From Candidatus Methylomirabilia bacterium (GTDB lineage: Bacteria; Methylomirabilota; Methylomirabilia; Rokubacteriales; CSP1-6), in the NCBI GenBank assembly GCA_041490825.1, contig JBGPTW010000011.1:2903-66902 (forward strand): a stretch of DNA of 64,000 nt, given 5' to 3'. Position numbers and translations under genes: made by a program. The first letter of the stretch is position 1. Each line of letters opens with the position of its first letter. Shown here piece by piece: positions 10,397 to 18,614 of the stretch. Below the pieces are notes generated by a model that did no database searches, was not told where the DNA came from, and saw only the letters and a list, made by a program, of their open reading frames with translations.

Positions 10397-10408
10397 AAAT
10401 TCCGCGCG
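10265..10408 (-). pseudogene. C-terminal fragment of an IS4/IS5-superfamily DDE transposase
   Basis: RAEFLEHYHKRSNVESAFSMIKRKFGDSLRSKRDTAMVNETLCKVLCH contains the Y-x2-R-x3-E-x6-K signature; the rest of the gene is absent. Confidence 0.8.
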
Positions 10409-10410
10409 TT

Positions 10411-10660
10411 AAAACATGGCGTCTTCGGAAAGACCGAATTCTTCCAGCGCGATCCCGAGGCGACGGCAGAGATACCACAAAGGTGATCCTAGTCAAACGG
10501 TCTCCGTCTTTAGCTCCCGAGAGGTCGACAAATTCGTCACCGCGAAACAGGTACCTGATTTTTGCGATGCCTCGTGGACCACGTACGCCAGGAGTGGTGC
10601 CAATTTTCCAGCGGTATAGGTCCCCGGTGGCCACTCGGATAAGCGAGGCGAAGAACCTTC
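10411..10660 (-). pseudogene. small frameshifted gene, possible HicA-like partner of the HicB-like gene
   Basis: One frame gives VATGDLYRWKIGTTPGVRGPRGIAKIRYLFRGDEFVDLSGAKDGDRLT; a shifted frame continues SPLWYLCRRLGIALEEFGLSEDAMF*. Confidence 0.4.
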
Positions 10661-10661
10661 T

Positions 10662-11027
10662 CTAGGCAGCCTTGTCGGCGGCTACTCGCAATTCGGGCAT
10701 CTTGATCCTACGAAAGGTAGCTGCCTTCGGTGGGACGAGAGGGATCTTCGATCGCTCAAACATGTCCCAGAATTTCTGCGGCGCTTTCGGTATTCCCTCA
10801 AAGGGGCGCTTACCGAGTTTCTTGCTCGTCGCGAAGTGCCCAACGAGGATCCTCTGGAGTTCGTATGCGAGTTCAGGCACGCTTCTAGCCTGAGCCGCAA
10901 TATCGTACTCCAGGAATTGAGCCGAAAGCCACTCTCCCTCCTGAAAGACGACAGCTCGCAAAGACTTAATGGTGCTCACGCGCGTCGCCTTCCGTCCTTT
11001 CTGCCGCCTCGAGCGGCGTTTCTTCAT
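10662..11027 (-). CDS. HicB-like protein
   Basis: LRAVVFQEGEWLSAQFLEYDIAAQARSVPELAYELQRIL resembles the HicB N-terminal partial RNase H fold. Confidence 0.6.
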   Translation of the reverse strand: MKKRRSRRQKGRKATRVSTIKSLRAVVFQEGEWLSAQFLEYDIAAQARSVPELAYELQRILVGHFATSKKLGKRPFEGIPKAPQKFWDMFERSKIPLVPPKAATFRRIKMPELRVAADKAA

Positions 11028-11081
11028 CCTGCTTCCGGAGACCGGCTTCGGGCACGGCCAACTCCGTCATCCGTTGGACGT

Positions 11082-11132
11082 GCAATGGAGCACGGTGACA
11101 TCACGCTATCGCTCCATGTTGCCATGTGTCAA
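11082..11132 (-). promoter_or_regulatory. sigma70-like promoter with overlapping inverted repeat (operator candidate)
   Basis: Minus strand TTGACA (11132-11127), 18 bp, TAGCGT (11108-11103); inverted repeat GCAATGGAGC ... GCTCCATGTTGC (11082-11122). Confidence 0.5.
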
Positions 11133-11260
11133 CCTTCCCGGGTTAGCGAACATCGCGCCGTTTCGAGCATTTAGGCTGGCACCGCACGCCTTTTTGTCGT
11201 CGAAACCTTCAGCACAGGATCTCTAGGCCGCCGCATCTGACTTTTTGTGCAGCTGCCTGA

Positions 11261-11339
11261 GTGATCGACATGGGGGCCTCGACATGGCCCCCATACCCCC
11301 GACGCTCGGGGCGTACCGGGAAACCCGTGACGCCCCTCG
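11261..11339 (+). repeat. two-hairpin REP-like element, copy 2
   Basis: Near-identical to the copy at 10091-10163. Confidence 0.9.
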
Positions 11340-11352
11340 GTATTCCGAACTT

Positions 11353-12492
11353 TTACCGCCAGAGCTGCGCGGATGCCAGCCTTGCGCCCTCGGCCATCGA
11401 CTTGAACTTGGCCCACGCGATCTCCGGCTCGACCTGAAGATTGGACCGGGCGAACGTTGCGAAGCCGCAGTCGGTGCCCGCGATCACGCGCTCGCGCCCC
11501 ACCACCTCGGCGTAGCGCACGAGGCGCTGCGCCACCAGCTCCGGATGCTCGATGAAGTTCGTCGTGGAGTCGAGCACGCCGGGGATGATCACCTTGTCGT
11601 CCGGTAGACGCACCTCCCGGAACACGGCCCATTCGTGCTCGTGGCGCGGATTGGCGCCTTCGAACGAGATTGCCTGCGGTCGAGCCTTGAGCGCGACGCC
11701 GATGATCTCCCTCAGCGGAATGTCGCGGTGATGCGGACCTTCGTAGTTGCCCCAGCAGAGGTGCATGCGGAGACGGTCGGCCGGAATGTCGCGCAGCGCG
11801 TGATTGAGCGCCTCGACGTTGGCCTCGGCGATCTTCACGAATTCGGCGTTGCTCAACGTCGGAAACGCAAGGTGCCGCCCCATGGCCAGGTCCGGGCAAT
11901 CGACCTGGAGCACGAACCCCGCCCGGTGAATGGCGTCGTACTCGTCCTTCATGACGTCGACGAGGCGCGCGAGATAGGCCTCGCGGCTCGGGTAATGCTC
12001 GTTGCGCAAGAAGTGCGCGATCACGCCCGGCGAGGCGGCCGTCATGAACGCTTCCGTCGCCTGGACTCCCTCGAGCGCTGCGCGAAGGTTCGCGACGTCC
12101 TTCTGCACCGCCGTCCTGTCCTTCCAGTCGATGGCGCCGTTGCACGACGGCCGTGCGACCGCCGAGCGCCGTTCGGCGCGGGCCGCCGCCTCGGGAAAGT
12201 CCGCCCAGTCCGCTCTCATCGGCACCGCGCTCTGTCCGCCGAACCCGGTGAGTCGATGTCGCACGTACGTGGAGTAGCCGACTTTGCCTTGCTCGCCGTC
12301 GTTGACGATATCCACGCCGGCTTCCACCTGCTGCCGGACGACGTCGGCGACGGCGCGGCGCACGCGGGCTTCGAAGCCCGCTGTGTCAGACACGGTCCCG
12401 GCGTCGAGCGCTTCGAGCATCGCGGTCAAATCGTGGGGGCGAGGCAAGCTGCCTGTGTGCGTCGTGAGGATCCGCTCGGTGCTCCGCTTCAT
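11353..12492 (-). CDS. cobalamin-independent methionine synthase II family (MetE C-terminal-like) protein
   Basis: ERILTTHTGSLPRP, VNDGEQGK, Zn ligands MHLCWGN, ISFE, GTDCGF; start ATG 12492. Confidence 0.9.
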   Translation of the reverse strand: MKRSTERILTTHTGSLPRPHDLTAMLEALDAGTVSDTAGFEARVRRAVADVVRQQVEAGVDIVNDGEQGKVGYSTYVRHRLTGFGGQSAVPMRADWADFPEAAARAERRSAVARPSCNGAIDWKDRTAVQKDVANLRAALEGVQATEAFMTAASPGVIAHFLRNEHYPSREAYLARLVDVMKDEYDAIHRAGFVLQVDCPDLAMGRHLAFPTLSNAEFVKIAEANVEALNHALRDIPADRLRMHLCWGNYEGPHHRDIPLREIIGVALKARPQAISFEGANPRHEHEWAVFREVRLPDDKVIIPGVLDSTTNFIEHPELVAQRLVRYAEVVGRERVIAGTDCGFATFARSNLQVEPEIAWAKFKSMAEGARLASAQLWR

Positions 12493-13715
12493 GGCGCCCT
12501 CCGCACCTTCCGCCCTACCGGCGTGTTCTCGAGACCGAAGTACGACAGCATGTTGCCCGCCGCGATCTTGAAGGTCTCGTCCGCCGGCACGCCGGCGAAC
12601 AGCCGTTCGGCGAACGGCCGGGTGTTCGGCCAGTCGCACTCGATGTGCGGAAAGTCCGTCGCGAACATGACGTGATCGACGCCCATGTGGTGACGCAGCT
12701 CGATCGCCACGCGTTCCACGTGCTGCACGCTGAAGTAGATGTGCTGCCGGACGTAGTCGCTGGGTCGCTGCTTCAGCGGCTTGAAGTTGAGCAGACGCTC
12801 GGCCCAGTGGCGATGCCGCTCGTACCAGTAGTCCGCTTCCTCCATCCAGAACGGCACCCAGCCGAGGCGCGTCTCGGCGAAGAAGATCTTCAGATCCGGA
12901 AGGCGATCGAAGACGCCGGACAGGATCATCTGGGCCAGGCTCAGCGATGCCTGCGTGTTCATGAACGGCAGCGCCACCCACTCGACGAGCTTTCGCGGCC
13001 CGAGCTTCGCCAGCACTTGCGGATCCGCGCCCGGGTACTCGAACGTGGGCTGGGCCGCGCGCGGCCCCAGGCGATCGAACCCGACGTGCACGGTGAGCGG
13101 CATCTTCATGTCGATCGCAGTCGTCCAGAAGCGATCGTCTACGGGTGTCGGATAGGACTTGCCGCTGGGGAACACGCCGAGCACGGCGCCCTTCAGGCCG
13201 AGCTTCGCGCAGTGATGGAGCTCGGCGATGGCGTCGTCCAGATTGGTCCACGGGATGACGCCGAGACCGACGAGACGATCGCGCGAGACCGCGCAGTACT
13301 CCTCGCCCAGCCAGTCGTTGTACGCGCGGACCGCGGCGCGGTACGCGGCGTCGTCGGCCATCGAGCGCCAGAGCCGCGGACCGACCTGCATGTTCGGGAA
13401 GAGCACCTCGGCGTCGATGCCGTCGACGTCCTGCTCCTTGATGCGCTGCTCCGGCGGGCCGACGCCGGCGGTGCCCTCGACCGTGACGCCGAACGGTTGC
13501 CAGCTCTCGTTGGTCCGGCCGGCCCGGAGATCGAGAAATGGCACCGGGTATGGCGCCTGTCCCTCGATCAGGATCGCGTCGCCGCCGTCAGGGAGCTTGA
13601 TCGTGCGCGGCGCCGTGTCGCGATACTGCGCCGGCATCCGTCCCGTCCAGCGCTCGGGGCGGACTTCGAGATGGCCGTCGCTGGAGAGCAATGGAGGAAG
13701 CTGAGAGGTCGCCAT
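12489..13715 (-). CDS. amidohydrolase family protein (Amidohydro_2)
   Basis: LSSDGHLEV, QDVDGIDAEVLFP, LTVHVG, FFAETRLGW, MFATDFPHIE. Confidence 0.9.
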   Translation of the reverse strand: MATSQLPPLLSSDGHLEVRPERWTGRMPAQYRDTAPRTIKLPDGGDAILIEGQAPYPVPFLDLRAGRTNESWQPFGVTVEGTAGVGPPEQRIKEQDVDGIDAEVLFPNMQVGPRLWRSMADDAAYRAAVRAYNDWLGEEYCAVSRDRLVGLGVIPWTNLDDAIAELHHCAKLGLKGAVLGVFPSGKSYPTPVDDRFWTTAIDMKMPLTVHVGFDRLGPRAAQPTFEYPGADPQVLAKLGPRKLVEWVALPFMNTQASLSLAQMILSGVFDRLPDLKIFFAETRLGWVPFWMEEADYWYERHRHWAERLLNFKPLKQRPSDYVRQHIYFSVQHVERVAIELRHHMGVDHVMFATDFPHIECDWPNTRPFAERLFAGVPADETFKIAAGNMLSYFGLENTPVGRKVRRAP

Positions 13716-13875
13716 GATGGTTCTCCTGGCTCGCGCCGCGAGGTCGCATCCTCACATTCACGATGCGTCCTGTGGTGACTGTCGACGCCAGGGCGATGGT
13801 CGCGTGGGCCGGCCGGGAGAGTCAAGGGCCATGGTCGAGGCTGCAGCCGACGAAGGCCGGTCTTGTCTCGGCTGG

Positions 13876-14322
13876 CTACAAGTCCCAGGTCATCCGCTGG
13901 CGATGCACGTTGCGGAAGCCGCGCCTGCGATAGAGGGCGAAAGCGGCGGTCTGCGTGGGCGCGACCTCGAGCTCGACCGCGCGCACGCCGCGGCGCCGCC
14001 CTTCTGCGGCGATGTAGTCGAGGAAGGCGGTGGCGACACGGCGGCGCCGCGCCTCTGGGACGACGTAGAGCTCCTCGACCCACAGCGTGTAGCCGCATTT
14101 TTCGACGCTGACGATCTGGTTGGCAAGGACGATTCCGACGGGCACGCCATCCAGCTCCGCCAGCAGTAGCCAGGCGGGCGAATGCGGCGCGAACGCGAGG
14201 TCCACGCCGCCGGCGATGCCGGCCGGATCGGCGGGGAGGGTGTGCTCGACGAGTTGCGCGATCAGGAGGCGAATGCAGGTCTCGCGATCTGCCGGGCCGG
14301 CGACGCGAACGGAGATCGACAT
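13876..14322 (-). CDS. GNAT family N-acetyltransferase
   Basis: WVEELYVVPEARRRRVA motif A; AFALYRRRGF. Confidence 0.85.
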   Translation of the reverse strand: MSISVRVAGPADRETCIRLLIAQLVEHTLPADPAGIAGGVDLAFAPHSPAWLLLAELDGVPVGIVLANQIVSVEKCGYTLWVEELYVVPEARRRRVATAFLDYIAAEGRRRGVRAVELEVAPTQTAAFALYRRRGFRNVHRQRMTWDL

Positions 14323-14423
14323 GCGGGGGAGGATAAATCAAGAAGGTCGGCGGGCGAAGCTGTTGACTTGGTCTGTGGGCGAGTACACGATGCATCACCG
14401 ACACGCGGCGAGGAGGAGAAGTC

Positions 14424-15473
14424 ATGGGAGCAATTCTCGGTCTCGGCCTGACGCACTTCCCGCCTCTGACTGGGCCCGACGAAGACATGGCGCGCATTCT
14501 CCGGCGCGTTCTCCAAGATCCGGATCTCCCGCAGCAATACCGTCAACCGGATGGATGGCCGGAGCCGATGCGGCGACAGTGGGGCACCGACGAAGGGCTC
14601 GGCGCAGCCCGCCGCCATCGTGAAACCCTCGTGGCTGGCTTCCGGAAGGCGCGACGGCTGCTGGACGACTTCGCGCCGGACTTCGTCTTGATCTGGGGCG
14701 ACGACCAGTACGAGAATTTCAAGGAAGACATCATCCCGCCGTTCTGCGCGCTGGCCTACGAGTCGATCGAGCACCGGCCGTGGGCGGAGTTGCAGCGGCG
14801 GAACGTGTGGGACGAAACCAAGGACACGACCTTCGTGTACAAGGGGCATCGCGGCGCCGCCAAGTCGCTCGTCACCGGGCTCCTCGAAGAGGGGTTCGAC
14901 CTGTCGTATGCGTACCAGCCGTTGCATCACCCGCTCGGTCACGCGTTCATGAACACGCTGCTCTTCCTCGACTACGACCGCCAGGGCTTTCCGTATCCGG
15001 TCCTGCCGTTCCAGGTCAACTGCTACGGTCGCCGCGTGATCTCACAGCACGGCGGTGCCAGCACCGTGGCGGACGCACCGACGGAGGAGCGGCTCGACCC
15101 GCCGTCGCCCGCGCCGTGGCGTTGCTTCGATCTCGGCAAGGCGTGCGCGCGAGTGACGTCGCGCAGCCCGTGGCGGGTCGCGCTAATCGCTTCATCGAGC
15201 TGGTCCCACGCGTTTCTTACGCCGAAAAATCATCTGCTCTATCCCGACGTGGCCGCCGACCGGGCGCTGTACGAGACGCTGCGGGCCGCTGACTACCCGG
15301 CGTGGCGTCAAACGCCGCTCGCGGCGCTGGAGGAGAGTGGCCAGCAGGAGATGCTGAACTGGATGTGCCTGGTGGGCGCGATGGCGGAACTGGGACGGCG
15401 GCCGACGGACACGGAGTTCGTCGAGAGCTACATCTTCAACTCGAACAAGTGCTTCGCGTTCTTCAATCCGTGA
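14424..15473 (+). CDS. LigB-like class III extradiol ring-cleavage dioxygenase
   Basis: LGLGLTHFPPL, PDFVLIWGDDQYENF, LGHAF, IASSSWSHAF; SD AGGAGGAG. Confidence 0.8.
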   Translation: MGAILGLGLTHFPPLTGPDEDMARILRRVLQDPDLPQQYRQPDGWPEPMRRQWGTDEGLGAARRHRETLVAGFRKARRLLDDFAPDFVLIWGDDQYENFKEDIIPPFCALAYESIEHRPWAELQRRNVWDETKDTTFVYKGHRGAAKSLVTGLLEEGFDLSYAYQPLHHPLGHAFMNTLLFLDYDRQGFPYPVLPFQVNCYGRRVISQHGGASTVADAPTEERLDPPSPAPWRCFDLGKACARVTSRSPWRVALIASSSWSHAFLTPKNHLLYPDVAADRALYETLRAADYPAWRQTPLAALEESGQQEMLNWMCLVGAMAELGRRPTDTEFVESYIFNSNKCFAFFNP

Positions 15474-16617
15474 GCGAGCGCACCACCCACGTGTGCGAAG
15501 CATCGACGCCGAGCACGATCTCGGCGCCTGGGGCCAGCGGCTGGTCAGGTGGCGCATCGACGTTGAAACGTAGCGAGCCGACGTCGACCGTATAGAGATT
15601 GCGCGTTCCGCGGAAGAATCGCTGGCGCACGACGCCGGTCCACGCGATCCCCGGCGCTGATCCGCGGCTGGCGGCACGGCCGAGCTGGATCACTTCAGGC
15701 CTGACGATCACCGTAACGGCCTCACCCGCCTGAATATCGACGGGCACCGAGCACCAGCCGTCCCAGCCCTCGCCCTCGACGCGCGCCAGCGTCGCCTCGC
15801 CCTCTCGGGCGAGCGGCGTCTCGCCCTCTCGGGCGAGCGGCGTCTCGCCCTCTCGGGCGACCTCCCGCACCTTCGCATCCAGGAGATTCGGCGTGCCGAA
15901 GAACGCGGCGACCGTCCTGTTGGCGGGGCGGGCGTAGATGGCCTCCGGCGCCGCGATCTGCAGCACCCGCCCGTCGTGCATGACGGCGATCTCGTCGGAG
16001 AGGACCATCGCTTCTTCCTGGTCGTGCGTGACGTAGACGGTCGTGATGCCGAGCCGCTGCTGGAGCGCGCGGATCTCCACCCGCATCTGCTCGCGTAATT
16101 TCGCGTCGAGGTTCGACAGAGGCTCGTCCATCAGGAGCACGCGGGGGTGGAACACGAGGGCGCGGGCGATCGCGACCCGCTGCTGCTGACCGCCGGAAAG
16201 CGCCGTCGCCGGGCGGGTGGCGAGGTGCTCCATCTCCATGAGCTGAAGCGATGCGAGGACGCGTTCGCGCACCTCGGCGGAGGGGCGCCGGCGGACCTCG
16301 AGCGGGTAGGCGACGTTCTCGAAGACCGTCATGTGCGGCCAGATCGCGTACGACTGGAAGACCATGCCGATCTCGCGGCGCTCCGGCGGCACGAACAGGC
16401 CCGCCGCGGCGTCGCTCACCACCCGGTCGCCGATCTCGATGTAGCCGGTGTCGTTCTGCTCGAGGCCGGCGATCATGCGGAGCGTCGTCGTCTTGCCGCA
16501 GCCCGACGGACCGAGCAGCGTCATGAGGCGGCCGTCAGCAACGGCGAGAGTCACATCCTCGACGGCGCGCACGCCGCCGAAGCGCTTGCTGACGCCCTGG
16601 ACGATCACGCCCGGCAT
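15463..16617 (-). CDS. ABC ATP-binding protein (FbpC/PotA-like)
   Basis: GPSGCGKTT, LSGGQQQRV, MDEPLSNLDAKLR; TOBE tail contains a tandem repeat. Confidence 0.93.
   Translation of the reverse strand: MPGVIVQGVSKRFGGVRAVEDVTLAVADGRLMTLLGPSGCGKTTTLRMIAGLEQNDTGYIEIGDRVVSDAAAGLFVPPERREIGMVFQSYAIWPHMTVFENVAYPLEVRRRPSAEVRERVLASLQLMEMEHLATRPATALSGGQQQRVAIARALVFHPRVLLMDEPLSNLDAKLREQMRVEIRALQQRLGITTVYVTHDQEEAMVLSDEIAVMHDGRVLQIAAPEAIYARPANRTVAAFFGTPNLLDAKVREVAREGETPLAREGETPLAREGEATLARVEGEGWDGWCSVPVDIQAGEAVTVIVRPEVIQLGRAASRGSAPGIAWTGVVRQRFFRGTRNLYTVDVGSLRFNVDAPPDQPLAPGAEIVLGVDASHTWVVRSLTD
15797..15860. repeat. 24-bp in-frame tandem repeat (2.7 copies)
   Basis: TCGCCCTCTCGGGCGAGCGGCGTC repeated; encodes AREGETPL-AREGETPL-AREGEATL. 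Confidence 0.9.
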
Positions 16618-16649
16618 CGTCGTTTCCTCCGCTGGGTCTACTTATTAGC

Positions 16650-16718
16650 TGGGGGCCTCGAAGGCCCCCAGACCCCCAGCCGCTCGCCGGTCGCCGGGAC
16701 ACCCGGCGCCCACCTCGA
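16650..16718 (+). repeat. two-hairpin REP-like element, copy 3 (diverged)
   Basis: TGGGGGCC-TCGAA-GGCCCCCA, GACCCCC, CGCCGGG-ACA-CCCGGCG, CCTCGA. Confidence 0.8.
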
Positions 16719-16756
16719 GACCCCCTACTGATCGTGTTGTGCGACGCGTTCCAGAC

Positions 16757-17518
16757 TCAGAATTGTCCGTGCCGGCCGGCGCCGGCCGCGAAACGACGGG
16801 CGCCGTCCTGGCTCTCGCCCGAATCGTGGGTCGCCTTGCCGAGCGCGAACTCGTTGCCGAGCGCATCCGGGAGCGGAACCCCGAGGCTCTCCCACGCCGA
16901 GCGGCGGTCGCTGCGGACGCAGCGCGGAGGAAAGTTCGCGATGGTCCGCGCCAGCGCCTCCGCCTCTTCGCGCGTCCGGCCCGCCGGGACCACGCGGTTG
17001 GCGAGCCCGAACGCGAGCGCTTCGTGGGCGCCGACCGGGCGGCCCGTCAGCACCATGTCGAGCGCTCGGGAGAGGCCGATCAGACGCGGCAGCCGAACCG
17101 TCCCTCCGTCGACGAGCGGGACGCCCCAGCGCCGGCAGAAGACGCCGAAGACCGCGGTCTCCCCGGCGATTCGAAGATCACACATCAGCGCCAGCTCGAG
17201 ACCGCCTGCCACCGCGTAACCCTCGACGGCGGCGATCGTCGGTTTGGTGAATGCCATGCGCGTCGGTCCCATCGGTCCGTCGCCGTCGGGAGCGAGACGG
17301 AGTCCGCGCTCGGTCCCTCTGGCCTTCAGGTCCGCGCCGGCGCAGAACACACCTCCGCTTCCCCAGAGCACCGCCACGCGCAGCTCGTCGTCCTGCTCGA
17401 ATTCGCGGAACGCATCGGCCAGCGCGCGCGCGGCGGGGCCGTCGACGGCATTGCGTGCTTCGGGGCGATCGATCACGATCGTCGCCACCGCCTCACTCCG
17501 CTCGAGTTGGATGGACAT
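16757..17518 (-). CDS. enoyl-CoA hydratase/isomerase (crotonase) family protein
   Basis: FCAGADLK, AVAGGLELALMCDLRIA, GVPLVDGGTVRLPRLIG. Confidence 0.92.
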   Translation of the reverse strand: MSIQLERSEAVATIVIDRPEARNAVDGPAARALADAFREFEQDDELRVAVLWGSGGVFCAGADLKARGTERGLRLAPDGDGPMGPTRMAFTKPTIAAVEGYAVAGGLELALMCDLRIAGETAVFGVFCRRWGVPLVDGGTVRLPRLIGLSRALDMVLTGRPVGAHEALAFGLANRVVPAGRTREEAEALARTIANFPPRCVRSDRRSAWESLGVPLPDALGNEFALGKATHDSGESQDGARRFAAGAGRHGQF

Positions 17519-17560
17519 CTCAGCGCTCCTCGACGGCCGGCATGACGTCGCCGGACCGAT

Positions 17561-18589
17561 CTACTTGTAGATCTGCTTGGCGAGCTTCAGCATCTCTTCC
17601 TGGAGCTTGGGGTCCGTGGTGCCCAGGAGCTTCGCCTGCGCGAGTGGCCGCGCCTCGGCGGTCATTTTCGCGTCCAGTCCACCGATCACCGGCGGGAAAC
17701 CCAGGTTCGCAAAGATCGTCTGGACCTCGTCGCTCATGAAGAAGTCGAGGAGCAGCCGGGCCGCGTTCGGATGCGGCGCGTTCTTGAAGACGGCGCCGTC
17801 GAAGCGCACGTACGGCGCGCCTTCGGCCGCGATGACGACTTTCACGGGCAGCCCCTTCAGCTCGAGGATGTCGGCGAGGCCGAATGGCAGGTAGACCGGA
17901 TACTCGCCGCGCGCGATGCGTCGATAGTTCCCGCGGAGCTCGCGGTTCATGTGCGGTTGCTGCTGCGCGAGCTTCTCGTGGAACTCGCGGCCGAACTTCT
18001 GGTAGGTGACCATGAAGAACACGGCGCCGCCGCCGAGCGCCCGCATGTCGTCGGCGAGGATCTGCCCCTTCCATCGGGGATCGAGCACGTCTTTCCAGCT
18101 CTTCGGCTCCTCGGCCGGCTTCACCATCTCGGAGTTGACGAGGATGCCGTACGGAATGACGTAGATCGGCACACGGATCTCGTCGACACGGAACGGTGCG
18201 GCCGGCTTCCCCGCGTTCGGGAGCGGCCCGTGGGGCTGGAACGTGCCGTCGGCGAGCTGGAGCGCCGTGGTCGTCGAGCCGTTGTGCGAGACGTCGCCGA
18301 GGACTTTGCCTGAAGCCTGCTCGGTCCGGATACGCTCCCTGAGCTCGCTGGCGCGCGCCTCGAGAAGCTCCATGCGGATGCCGTACCGCGCCTCGAACGC
18401 CGCGGCGATCTTCGGAAGCGTCGGCGTACCGACGGCGCCGTTGTACACCACGACCTTGCCTTCCTTCTTCGCCGCATCGACGAGCTTCTTCCATTCGGCG
18501 TCCATGGGCGCCTGGGCCGCCGCCGGGCCGGCGGCGAAGGCGAGCGGCGTCAGCGCAGCGAGACGGAGGACCGATCGACGTGTCAGCAT
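17561..18589 (-). CDS. ABC substrate-binding protein (Fe3+/polyamine cluster) with Tat-like signal
   Basis: MLTRRSVL signal; AAKKEGKVVVY, PKSWKDVLDPRWKG, APHPNAARLLLDF. Confidence 0.88.
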   Translation of the reverse strand: MLTRRSVLRLAALTPLAFAAGPAAAQAPMDAEWKKLVDAAKKEGKVVVYNGAVGTPTLPKIAAAFEARYGIRMELLEARASELRERIRTEQASGKVLGDVSHNGSTTTALQLADGTFQPHGPLPNAGKPAAPFRVDEIRVPIYVIPYGILVNSEMVKPAEEPKSWKDVLDPRWKGQILADDMRALGGGAVFFMVTYQKFGREFHEKLAQQQPHMNRELRGNYRRIARGEYPVYLPFGLADILELKGLPVKVVIAAEGAPYVRFDGAVFKNAPHPNAARLLLDFFMSDEVQTIFANLGFPPVIGGLDAKMTAEARPLAQAKLLGTTDPKLQEEMLKLAKQIYK

Positions 18590-18614
18590 GTTTCTCCTCC
18601 CGGACGGCCGGATG

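Larger units (their letters stand above)
10201..11258. mobile_element. IS-derived non-autonomous remnant carrying a HicB-like module
   Basis: Lower GC; TGCACAACAA at the left end and inverted TTTTTGTGCA at the right end; flanked by the direct repeat GTGATCGACATGGGGGCCT (10167 and 11261); contains a transposase fragment. Confidence 0.6.

Noticed and set aside
11353-13251. 632-aa ORF as a long MetE protein
   Set aside because: The upstream 253 codons are an off-frame overlap with the amidohydrolase; homology begins at ATG 12492.
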